DNA of 64,000 nucleotides from Sphaerodactylus townsendi (Eukaryota). Each line of letters begins with the position of its first letter. The first letter of the stretch is position 1. A program made the translations under genes and the position numbers. The stretch covers positions 11,036,001 through 11,100,000 of the forward strand of contig NC_059430.1 in NCBI RefSeq assembly GCF_021028975.2. The letters run 5' to 3'. This document shows, piece by piece, positions 39,739 through 52,000 of the stretch. The notes below the pieces were generated by a model. It worked only from the letters and a program-made list of their open reading frames with translations, did not search any database and had not been told where the DNA came from.

Positions 39739-39952
39739 AAAAAAGTTTTTAGTGTGAAATCTGTGAGCCCACAATTTAGAAACTAGGCTTAATATGAGTT
39801 TCCAAACACTGAGTTCTATTCCATGGTAGTAATTAATCTGTTGATTCAGAGGTTAATACTATTGATGCTGGTATGTAAAGATAGTATTCAGTTATGTAAA
39901 CAGACCTGGGGAAAAGAACAAAGCCTTGGGTTAATAACAATTATGTTATAAC

Positions 39953-40474
39953 CAGTGGTGGGATCCAAAAATTTTAGTAAGAGGTTCCCTCGCCAGCCCC
40001 CCCTCAGCAAAGGGGGCAGAGATGTACCTAGGCAAACCTGAGCCCTGGGCAAAACCTGAGTTGGATGCCCCCCCCCCCCATGGGCAGCCACCCCACCACG
40101 ACCCCCAAATTTTTTTTGCACCAGATCATTTCTAAATCATCATCACATTATAGAAAATGCCCCAACTCACAAATCTGAACACAGCAATGGTGAAACACAC
40201 AGGTTCTTTGATAGAGACTGGTGAGATAAAAGGCATGAAAGGCTGAGAATCAATGAAGTGCAGTACCTGAAAGGGATTAACCCAGTTCAGGGAGTTACAT
40301 TATTAGTCGCAGTTGCTATATGGAGCCTTCACGTTCAAAGGCAGGATGCCTCTCGGGGAGGCGAGGGCGTGGAGATGGAAAAGCGGACCCAATTAGTAAC
40401 CCCCTCTCGGCACACACAAATCATTAGTAACCCACTCTCGGGAACTGGTGAGAACCTGCTGGATCCCACCTCTG
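39953..40474. mobile_element. hAT-type MITE family A, distinct interior
   Basis: Same termini; 8-bp TSD GTTATAAC; unrelated middle sequence. Confidence 0.88.
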
Positions 40475-41111
40475 GTTATAACATTTGTGCATATGAGGCC
40501 TACTTAAACATGTTTCTATTCTCGAATAATTATTGAATTGTACAACCAATTTACATTTGTTCATGAGTGCTTGTTGATGGTTCAAAATATGTTCCTCCTA
40601 TCTGAATCCCATTTTAGCCTTTGTTAGACTGTTAATGTGCAATATTCAAACCACATGGCTGTACTGCTTTCTCTTCTTCCCTTTTTAAAGGCTTCATCTG
40701 GCTCCCAGTGTACATGGGAACACTTAATATTCAACAATAAACTTCCCAAGAAGTTGAAAAGAATAGTTTGAAAGCAAAGCATGGAGAAGTCACCTGTCAA
40801 ATTCACCAGGCCATCCCCTTAGCTAAAGACTCAACGAAAAATCTGAAGTCTCAGTCCCTAGTTGACACTGGTAGGCGTCTCCACACTTTGCCTTTTGCTT
40901 TTAAACCATTTCGGCTTATGTGCAGTGGTCCACAAATCAACTGATCTTTTAAAGGATGGAGGACAATTACAAGGCTACTTCCCAAACCTCCTGTTTTCCA
41001 CAGCTGCCCCCTTGAGGTTGGCCACTGGTGTCTGATTTCATGTGAATTCCCTCTTTAGCAGCTGGTCATTGATGTAAGGATAACAATACAGCATGGGTAG
41101 GTGAGTTATGA

Positions 41112-41273
41112 CATAAGAACATAAGAACAAGCCAGCTGGATCAGACCAGAGTCCATCTAGTCCAGCTCTCTGCTACTTGCAGTGGCCCACGAGATGCCAT
41201 TGGGAGCTCACGTGCAGGATGTGAAAGCAATGGCCTTCTGCGGCTGTTGCTCCTGATCACCTGGTCTGTTAAA
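41112..41273 (-). mobile_element. CR1 3' UTR fragment
   Basis: cataagaacataagaac...ggatcagaccagagtccatctag matches the other CR1 3' ends. Confidence 0.8.
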
Positions 41274-43191
41274 GAGTAGTGAGTTGACCCCTTCTAGAGC
41301 TTTTTTTACTCTTTTTGGAAGGACCAGCAACTAGTTTAGATGTGTATCTCTGATACTCAGTTTATCCTTGCTATGGTACACCTCCCTGTGCTCAACTTGA
41401 TTTTTCTGTCCCAGACTCTCTTGGACTGTTACTTATGGTCCTGGTCTTAAAAGCAATGAGACTTAAAAATAAAAATCAGTGTTAACTCCTTACTCTCTCT
41501 TTTTATAATCTTCCAATTATTGCTGATTGTTCTGTTGTTCATTACTTTATTCAGCTTCACAAAATGTAACAAGAAAAAGGTACACGTTCTACATCTGTTG
41601 CCTTCGTCTTTAGTGCCTTTATTATCATATTATTAAATCAGATGTGATTGTTCAGCTTATCTTCTGTTTCACAGTAGCCTAATGCTCCTTGCTAAGTAGG
41701 CATAGTAAGTCTTGGGCCACAATCCTAGCGGATGGGTTTTAGTAGCTTCAGGTCAGAGGCAAAGCTACCAGAGGGCCACAGGGGGCGCGTCGCACCAGGC
41801 GCACGCCTGGGGGCAGAAAATCACCCCCGCCCCCTGTGATGGCCCCCTGTGGCCTCCCCCCCCCCCCACACACTTACTTTAACAAACAGCAGACTGGAGA
41901 AGCAGCCTGCCTGTTCCCTTCCAGGCTGAAAGCTAAGTAAGCGAGTTCCATATATTAGTGATATAGAATAATTTCCTTTAGCTGGTTGGCTAGATAATAA
42001 CTTTCTACAAGTGCAAACAGCTTGTTTATGACTGCAAATGCAAACAACTTAATTATGGATCGTTGATGCACTGAAGGAGACAACGTTGGTCGAAAGCACC
42101 GGTTAGCGCGCAAAGCGTTTTGCTCTGTGCCCCGCGTTCCTGAGCTCAATTTGGAATCACTGCGCTGGTGCTCTTTTCTCCAAGATTACACTGCTGACTC
42201 CTAATTGGATACACCTGGCAGTATGGATGCGCCTGGTATTTCAAACGGTGTTGATTACTAGAGACGCTCTAGTCAGAATTTCTGACCAGCTGATTGGTCT
42301 CTTGTATGAACCATTTTGAACTCCAATGAGGTGCCAGCTTAGGTTTTCAGTATAGATCACAGGTGTCAAACTCGCGGCCCTCCAGATGTTATGGACTACA
42401 TCATGGATGTACGGAAGGGGCCTAAGCCTACTTTTATATTGCCTTTATTTCCCCTTACCCTATTTACACCGCTCTATTGTAAATTCTAACTTTTCCAGAA
42501 TCAAAGCATAAATATTTCTCAATCTTGTTGAGAGAATTTTGGGTATTAGTGGCTTTATGTATTATTTTCTTATGCAATTGCTAGAACAGAACTTTAGCAC
42601 CTGAGGTAGAAAATGCATAGCTGGCAACTATTCTAATTTAGATAGGTAGGCTGCTGCCATTGTGGGATTCCTGCTAGTCATACCTTCAATTGCCCAATTT
42701 ACATGGTATAATTATCTATATAAGTACATGGGAAAGCCCAAGGCACTGCTCACACAGTGTGGTAAAAAGGTATGTGCGAACATTCACATATGGGATTGGT
42801 AGTGTTCATAACGAAGATGAGGATTTGTTAGAAAATGCTTTTGTACTAAAGGGCTAACATAGCTCAGGATTGCAAACGCTCTGAGAATGCAAAATGCTTA
42901 ATGCAAAACCAGAAAAGGAATGCATAAAAAATCCTGCAAACTTCATGCAACAACCCACAGCATATTCATTGACTCAGTACAGAACGCAGGCGTCAAAATG
43001 TGCAGAAGAATACCATTCGTCAGACTCGTATTCTGACAAATGCCAGTGGATTATGACAAAAGTGGGAAAAATCCACTGGGTACCCATCTGAACTGAAGCC
43101 TTAACACAGAAAGTTGCTTTGAAATACTTTGTGCATTTGTTCGTGAGATTTCCTGCAAATATGCCAAATTATCTTCCGCGTTGGAGGAACT

Positions 43192-46100
43192 TTATTTGAC
43201 TGTCTTAGCCCAAAAGCACTCCTTGTTTTCTTTCCAGGAATATTCATCTTCATAGACCTCCTGAAACCAAAGAGTATCAAAGAGAATTATTGTCAAGTGG
43301 ATTACATGGATGTGCACTTTATTACCTGGATGTAAATGAGAAATCCTTTTGTCAGATACCGCAACCAGTGGTATCTGGTTTTAATTAACTGCCTGTTAGA
43401 ACATGCACTCAAACATGCTCCGACAGCCCATGGGTACAGCTAAACAACTAAATGTGGGTCTTTGGGGGAACCAATTGTCCTTCCTTCCACAGCAGTCTGC
43501 TGTTCCTCCCCAAATTGTGCCCACTGAAATCCCCAGAGGGGTCAAAGTGTGGGGGCCGCAATGAGGACTAGGGAAAATCACCCTCCCCATCTTCCAGAAT
43601 CAGAAATGCCTGTCAATGGAAAAGATACTTTGGATCCAAGTCCCAAAACCCCAAATAACACAACAACATGGGCTTTTTTTTTTGTAAACGGATACAAATT
43701 TATAGCATTATATGAAACCTTTTCATTGAGAATGGATGTTCATTGAGCAGTGGCATACTGGTTAAGAGCAGGTGCATTTTAATCTGGAGGAACCGGGTTT
43801 GATTCCCTGCTCTGCCACTTGAGCTGTGGAGGCTTATCTGGGGAATTCAGTTTAGCCTGTGCACTCCCTCACACGCCAGCTGGGTGACCTTGGGCTAGTC
43901 TCAGCTCTACGGACTCTCAGCCCCACCCACCTCACAGGGTGTTTGTTGTGAGGGGGGAAGGGCAAGGAGACTGTAAGCCCCTTCGAGTTTCCTACAGGAG
44001 AGAAAGGGGGATATAAATCCAAACTCCTCCTCCTCCTCCTCCTCTTCTTCTTCTTCTTCTCCTCCTCCTCTCACTATGTGGACATACATTTACGAGAACA
44101 GACAACAAAGCATGTATATTTTTCATCTTGTGGAAAGGTTTCCTATTTTATTTTTTAATGGATCATTATTAGCTAGTACACCCTTGGCAAACAGGCAATT
44201 TGTTGCCCCCTCTGACTACCCTGTTTCCCCGAGTATAAAACATCACCTGAAAATAAGACGTCGTAGAGGTTTTGCTGAAGTGCGAAATATAAGGCATCCC
44301 CCGAAAGTAAGACGTAGCAAAGTTTTTGTTTGGAAGCATGCCCGACGAACAGAACACAGAAAAATAAGACATCCACTGAAAATAAGACATAGCGCATCTT
44401 TGGCAGCAAAAATTAATATAAGACATTGTCTTATTTTCGAGGAAACATAGTAGCTGTCCCTATGTAGCATGGACGATGTACATGGCCCTTACGGTACCAT
44501 TTCAGAAAATAGAGATATTGCAAAACACGTACCTTTTTCCAGATAGGTACTGTTGTTTTTAAAGTATTGATGCAGTACTGAACAGCCTCCAGGGATTCCG
44601 TTCTGTGAGGAGTCGAGATTGCTACAATCACGCTCGCTTCGCTAATGGGAACCGTACTGCAGACAGTGAAAAGAGACATTTGTTGGTTGCTTTTAGCTAC
44701 GTTAGCTTAATCTTCAGACGTCTAAATAAAAAGCCAAGACCTTTTGGCTAAAGGCTACACAGACATACAAAAACAGGCAGGACATGTTCTAGGAATCTTA
44801 AATTAGCCAGGAACTGCGCACCTCACAGTTGTACTTTACAAGGTAGGACTCGACACAAAAACAAATTAAGAAAAGCGGATAATTTGCAACAACCACCACC
44901 TGGAGCAGCAGTGGCATAATGGTTAAGAGCAGGTGCATTCTAATCTGGAGGAACCGGGTTTGATTCCCCGCTCTGCCGCTTGAGTTGTGGAGGCTTATCT
45001 GGGGAATTCAGATTAGCCTGGGCACTCCCACACACGCCAGCTGGGTGACCTTGGGCTAGTCACAGCTTCTCGGAGCTCTCTCGGCCCCACCTACCTCACA
45101 GGGTGTTTGTTGTGAGGGGGGAAGGGCAAGGAGATTGTGAGTCCTTGAGTCTCCTACAGGAGAGAAAGGGGGGATATAAATCCAAACTCCTCTTCCTCTT
45201 CCTGTTATAACGATAAATTAAACTCTGAGCTGGGCAACAGTACCACAGCCAGGAACGTTCAGGCTCCCGAGCAACTTGTCTGAGGAAAGTTAGAAGTGCC
45301 CCCTTGCCCCATCGGTAGAGACCCACACATTTAAAAGATCAAACAGACACACACAGATATATATGCTATTGCTTTTTTTAACGGCTCAGGAGATGTGTAT
45401 GCAATGGCCATACGTACCCAAGTCTGTGGTGTATTGCTATATGTCTAACCGAGGGCCATTTTAATCTTATATTTGTGCATATTTTCTTGATTTCCACTTC
45501 AGCCATGGGTGCGTATGCTTCATATTCTAAGTGCTTGACCTTTTTCCCATCAAAGTTATTCCTGGTAGTGCCTAAAATAGAAGAACACGTTATTTTAACT
45601 GATACTTCATTCATTGAAAATGCTGGGGGGGGGGGGGGGAATTAGGACTAATAAAAGGAAACACTTCTTCACACAACGTGTGATTGGTGTTTGGAATGTG
45701 CTGCCACAGGAGGTGGTGATGGCCACTCACCTGGATAGCTTTATGAGGGGCTTGGGCAGATTTATGGAGGAGAAGTCGATCTATGGCTACCAATCTTGAT
45801 CCTCCTTGATCTCAGATTGCAAATACCTTAGCAGACCAGGTACTCAGATTGCAAATGCCTTAGCAGACCAGGTGCTCAGGAGCAGCAGTTGCTTTCACCT
45901 CCTGCACGTGAGCTCCCAAAGGCACCTGGTGGGCCACTGCGAGTAGCAGAGTGCCGGACTAGATGGACTCTGGTCTGATCCAGCAGGCTAGTTCTTATGT
46001 TCTAAAGGACCAGCTAGCCCTCCACCTCTGGAACAACAGCTTTGATAGTTATGTGCATCAACTACGGCTAATTATGACCAAGAACTTGCCAGGAATTTGA

Positions 46101-48138
46101 GTTGACAGTAGAGTAAGCGGTAAAGCAATTTCTCCCGTCCTTGGTCAGGTAATCCTGTACTTATCTAGATTTGTTGGGAGTTGGTGCTGATTTGGCATGG
46201 GCTACCTTTCAAGGACATTCCCATGACACTATTCCAGATCCCAGACATGAAGATGATATGATCCAAAACTAGCAGCAAAAGCGCATGGGCTGGAGCTCAC
46301 AGCACACACAAGGAAACAGATCTTCCGAATAAGGTTGTGGGCAGGTCTGAACAGCAGTCACACACAGCAGAGCATACCACTGTAGCCACACACAAAAACT
46401 GAGCCCCTTTCCGCACGGGCCGTTTACAGCTTCACAGCCGCGCCGCCCTCGCTCCCCTCCAGCGGTGCAAAGCCGCCATTTTCCCACCTCGCGCCATCCC
46501 CCCCCCCTTTCCCGATTGACTTACCTTCCCTGTGACTTTCCAGCGTGTCGTCGAGGTCGGGGGACACGCCCCCCTGCCCTGCGACTCCGGAGCAGTCGCG
46601 CAGGGCAGGGGGCGTGTCCCCTGGCCTCGGCAACGCGCCGGAAGGTCGCAGGGAAGGTAAGTCGATCGGGTGACGGCGCAGCGCAGTCTTCCCTGTCGTT
46701 ACTGGGACCGTTCGTGCAAACGGTCCCAGGGGGGTTGGGTCGGCGTACATGATCCCCAGCATGGCTGTGCAGAAGTGGCCTGAGTGTGTGATCGTGGTGA
46801 GGTTTCTAGTGGCCTACACATGCCGACAACACCACAGACTATGATGCAACAGGCTTCGGCAAAAATGTTGTAACATATACATGCATGCAGGAAAGTTATG
46901 TTAGGAAGTGGATTAGGGGGAATCATTGCTTGGCAAAGATAACTATCACAACATGTCATTGTGTACTAGTTATTGATATCCATTGGTATTTAGCTATGTA
47001 TATGTCATGATTGTTGTTATTTTGCGGATACTGTTACAGTATATGCCAGTGGTGGCGAACCTATGGCACGGGTTCCAGAGGTGGCACTCAGAGCCTTCTC
47101 TATGGGCACACGTGCATAGAGTTTGTCATGTGATAATAGTGTAATTATTTCAGGGAGATTATTAGCATTAAACCTTAGTTTTGGTGAAGCAGTGTAGGTA
47201 ACCCTGTTAAGCGCTGTTAAACCCTACTGATTTTCATGGGAAGAACGAAAGCGTGATCCTTTGCCTGGGAGTAAGCTCGGTTGCTGGTAATGGGGCTTGC
47301 TTCTGAGTAAACCTTCCTAGGGTCGTGATTCACCCGTTCGAAGAGTTGCACAGTTGCTTCAAAGCAAAGTCACCGACTACCACCAAGCTTACTCCCGACT
47401 AACGCACGCCTCGGAGCCAACCGTTTTTTCTAAACTAAAACCTCAGTATTCAGGTTAAATTGCCATGTTGGCACTTTGCGATAAATAAGTGGGTTTTGGG
47501 TTGCAGGTTGGGCACTCGGTCTCGAAAAGGTTCGCCATCACTGTTATATGCTAATGTGTCATGTTACTGATAATTTTTGTGTGATGGTATACTTTGTAAT
47601 GTACGATATTGTGATTTGTTATTTTGCTGACTTTATTCCCCATATCTATGAATTTTTTGTATATTATGATGCTTATTGATGTTTGCTAGTATTGATATTG
47701 CTGATATTGATATTGTTACTTATACTATTGTTGTGCGCCGCCCTGAGCCCTTCAGGGGAGGGCGAGATATACATTGAATAAACTAAACTAAACATGCATT
47801 GCCATATGAGCTATGGTGACTTTGAAGAACATACTCTGAGCCTCTTGGATTCAGAGTTGTGCTGCATGAATGAAAGTCTCATCCTCTGAAAGAATGTCTC
47901 ATCATCCTTCTGTCCACCCATTTATTTAGCTGCCAAAGATCATTCTACGCATGATATCCTGTCTTGAAATGGTCTACCAGGCAACTCTCTTACTTAACAA
48001 TATGCACTTGAGCCCACCTATGAACAGGGACACAGCCCCACAGCAAGGAGAAACCACCAGGGCGGACACTTCATCGGCTGAGAGCTTGCCTTCACTCAAT
48101 TTAATGAAGTCCTTGGGTTCATCCCCAATTCCATTCAT
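43192..48138 (-). CDS. MOCS2: Molybdopterin synthase catalytic subunit MOCS2B (155 aa)
   Basis: Exons 48138-48018, 45571-45418, 44656-44533, 43260-43192. MoaE motifs [40 protein letters not shown]. The ATG is inferred as the first in-frame ATG after the MOCS2A stop. Confidence 0.93.
43746..44069 (+). mobile_element. tRNA-derived SINE
   Basis: Full copy with (CCT/CTT)n tail. Confidence 0.88.
44217..44451. mobile_element. Tc1/mariner-type MITE
   Basis: TA-flanked TIRs (tgtttccccga...aataagac / gtcttattttcgaggaaaca) with internal AATAAGAC repeats. Confidence 0.75.
44903..45202 (+). mobile_element. tRNA-derived SINE
   Basis: Full copy. Confidence 0.88.
45608..46003 (+). mobile_element. CR1 LINE 3' fragment in MOCS2 intron
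   Basis: Same family; has a short internal tandem duplication at ~45811-45878. Confidence 0.9.
47047..47543. mobile_element. hAT-type element family B
   Basis: TIRs; TSD GTATATGC/TTATATGC. Confidence 0.85.
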
Positions 48139-48479
48139 GATATCTGTAGAAGAAAATAATGACAGAGTTGAATTACTGTTCTGGTTAGCGGAATCACTGT
48201 TACAAAGTCATTTCTGAGCAGCTGAGGTTTACCAAAGAAGCATGCCTCACAACACGCTTCTCAACACAACTCTTTTTGGTGGTTGGGAGGGATTACGCGG
48301 TTTTGCCTGCAGTGCAAACCCATTCAATACCCCTGATTTCTCTCTTGCATGTCTGGAACTTTAACAGCCGTAGCTGTTCACATTCTTCAATATTTCGATC
48401 AACCAACATTTCCTGTAAGCTCCACAAGAGCCCAGCCACGTGGTCGCCACATCGGTCCCGTGTAGATAAGGGGCCCCTC

Positions 48480-48869
48480 CAGTGGTGGGATCCAAAAATT
48501 TTAGTAACAGGTTCCCATGGTGGTGGGATTCAAACTGTGGCGTAGCACCAATGGGGCTGGGCGGGGAATGACGGGGCGTGGCTGGGTAGTCCAGGGGGGG
48601 GCATTCCTGGGCGGGGCTGTGGCAAGGACGCAGCCGCTGCGCCAGTCCTTGGGCGGGAAACAAATGCACGCAGGCGCAGGCTGCCACGCACGCCGGTGCA
48701 CCTCCTGCTAGACTGCTTCCAGTTCTGCGTGCTACTGCTGAGAGGAGGGGAGTAACTAAGGCCAAAATCACGTGGCAAAATCACCCATTAGTAACCCCCT
48801 CTCGGCACACACAAATCATTAGTAACCTACTCTCGGGAACCCGTGAGAACCTGCTGGATCCCACCTCTG
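48480..48869. mobile_element. hAT-type MITE family A
   Basis: TIRs and 8-bp TSD GGCCCCTC. Confidence 0.9.
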
Positions 48870-49026
48870 GGCCCCTCTGAAGGGGAACTCTCCCAGTGGT
48901 GGTTCAGTTGTGTGCAGAATCTGGGAAGTTCTGCACCGCACCAGGGAACAATTAGAGACTATTGTTGTCTACACAATCGCCATTTAGGAAATGCAACTCC
49001 ACACACCTGAAAAGGTCCTCCCAGCG

Positions 49027-52000
49027 TTAACCACCACTGATGGGTGGAATAATGGCAATCTCGTCACCCGTGTGCAGGTCTAGCAGCTGATCCCCAAGGA
49101 GTACGTATTCCTGGCGGACAGCCAAGACCACCTGATCTCGTAGGGCAACCAGGCTGCAGGAACAAAAACCAGGATAAAGATAATGTTTCCTGTGCTCACG
49201 CCCTTTCGCGAGGGTATTACAGGCCCAACGTCAACCAACTCAAGCTAGCTAATGCTAGATATAATACCGCAAGTCAGCTCTTGAGCCTAACAAATGTTTT
49301 CAAGGAAACTACATGCAGGAGCAGCAGTGGCGTAGGAGGTTAAGAGGAGGAGCAGCATTGGCGTAGGAGGTTAAGAGCTCGTGTATTTAATCTGGAGGAA
49401 CCGGGTTTGATTCCCAGCTCTGCCGCCTGAGCTCTGGAGGCTTATCTGGGGAATTCAGATTAACCTGGGCACTCCCACACACGCCAGCTGGGTGACGTTG
49501 GGCTAGTCACAGCTTCTCGGAGCTCTCTCAGCCCCACCTACCTCACAGGGTGTTTGTTGTGAGGGGGGAAGGGCAAGGAGATTGTAAGCCCCTTTGAGTC
49601 TCCTGCAGGAGAGAAAGGGGGGATATAAATCCAAACTCCTCTTCTTCTCTTCTTCTTAATTCCTTTAATTCTGCCATCTCCTCAACTGTGATTTTTAAAA
49701 CCTTTTTTGTCACACATTTCCCTAGAGGAAATGTTCTGAGGGAACAGAAGAGCTCATTTTTATTAGCACTTCTATTAGATTGACAGCAGCTGGGAAATGA
49801 ACAGAGTGGGGAATCAAACACCCTCCTCCAGTTCAGAGTCCATCTGCTCTTAACCACTACGCCATGCTGGCTCTCTATCATGAAGCTACTTAACCTGCCA
49901 TTAGTTTATGACAAAAGGCAAAGAATGTACTTTTATCTGGGCTTTAAATAAATGATAAACTTTCATTGAAATATAACACATACAAAGCTTTAAAGTTCAT
50001 ATAAAAAAACCAAAGTAACTGAAAAGAAAAAAAACCACATACATATTTCACTTCCCACTAACCATATTTAACTTTCTATCACTTTCACCAACTTACATTA
50101 CAAATTCTCAATTCCATATCTTTTTTAAGTTTAACTCATACCAAGTTAGTTCATTCCCATTTACTACGGGCTAGATGTTTTGCATAGTATATACATTCCT
50201 CATCTCAGTGCGTAAGATACGTTGACAGACGCAGAAGTTCTTTTCTATTGCTGGTATATTTCACCAGGGGATTCCAGCCTCTTAGACCGTTCTCCAAACA
50301 TATATTCTTTACTATTGTCGATAGTTTGTCCATGGCCGCGTACTCCTACAATTTATCCACCCAATCTTCTAATATTGGCATGTCTTCCGATTTCCAATAT
50401 CTGGCTATCAAAACTCTTGTCGCTGAGATCATATATGTTAATTTTAATTTTCCTTTCTAATAGAGGTATTTAATATATTTAACTTAAACATCTATTTTTT
50501 ATCTCAAAATCATAACCCAAAATATTTTTTAACACAGACACCATTCCAAAACTTTTTAGCCTTTTTACAGCTCTACCATATATGATACCGTTTCCCCGAA
50601 AATAAGACAACCCCTGAGAATAAGACGTAGTAGAGGTTTTGCTGAAGTGCTAAATATAAAGCGTCCCCCGAAAGTAAGACGTAGCAAAGTTTTTGTTTGG
50701 AAGCATGCCTGTCGAACAGAACACCTGAAAAATAAGACATCCCCTGAAAATAAGACATGGTGCATCTTGGGGAGCAAAAATTAATATAAGACACTGTCTT
50801 ATATTCGGGGAAACACAGTATGCTTACATCTCCAGCCTATGTTGGAAACTTTAGAATAAATTTTAGCAAGTTTTACAGGGTAGAATTTTTTTTAAGGTTG
50901 GCATTACATGTACATTTCATTTTCCCCCCAAATTCTATCCCAAACTTACAACTCAATTTCTGAATCAACCTCTCATGTTAACATGGGCTCATTCCGCACA
51001 TGCAGAATAATGCACTTTCAAACTGCTTTCAGTGCTCTTTGAACCTGTGCGGAATAGCAAAATCCACTTGCAAACAGTTGTGAAAGTGGTTTGAAAACGC
51101 ATCATTTTGCGTGTGCGGAAGGGGCCATACATTCCTTTACTCTCTCAGTTTATGTTTCTCTTAACAATAATACTTTATATATCCTTTTAATCCCAAATTT
51201 TTCATCCTTGCATAGGGCATCCCAAAGTTCACATTTTTTTTCATTTCAAAACCTCCTTTCACATCTTGCTTATATTTTTCTTTAAGCTGATGGTATAATA
51301 GAAACCACTCTTTAGCTCTAATTTTCATGTCATTTCTTTCCTTCAATTTTTGTTCACCTACAGCTCTCTTTAGTATATCCTTATATCCCCCACAGAGGCA
51401 TATCTAGGGAAAATGTAGCCTGGTGCAAAATCTGAGTTTTCTGCCCCCCCACCCCCACCCCCAATATGGGCAGCAGGAAAAAGAAAGGGAAGAGCAGAAG
51501 ATGTAAACCTTAGGACAGTGGTGGTGAACCTTTGGCACTCCAGATGTTATGGACTACAATTCCCTTCAGCCCCTGCCATGCTGGAAGGGGCTGATGGGAA
51601 TTGTAGTCCATAACATCTGGAGTGCCAAAGGTTCGCCACCACGGCCTTAGGATCTTCCATTTTTGCTTATGCAGTGGCAACTTACAGTTACCCATTAAAT
51701 CTGAGCCAAGCCTTAGGCAAAACACACACCTTGAATGTCTCTTCACAATTTCATCCCACAGCTGCAGCGATGTTATCTGCTGAGGCACAGAAATGGTCTC
51801 ACTGCGCACTCCAGCTAAATCAGCACTTCTTGCAAAATACAGCACTTCCACCTATTTTTAAAGAGTCCATCAAACAAAGAATAAAATTCAGCATTTTAAC
51901 CGCAGGGTAATTCCTGACATGGTGCCTGCAGGCGCCACAGTACCTGCCTATATGTTTTCTGGACTACACACTTGCTTTTTTTCTCCAAAGATCTCTGCCC

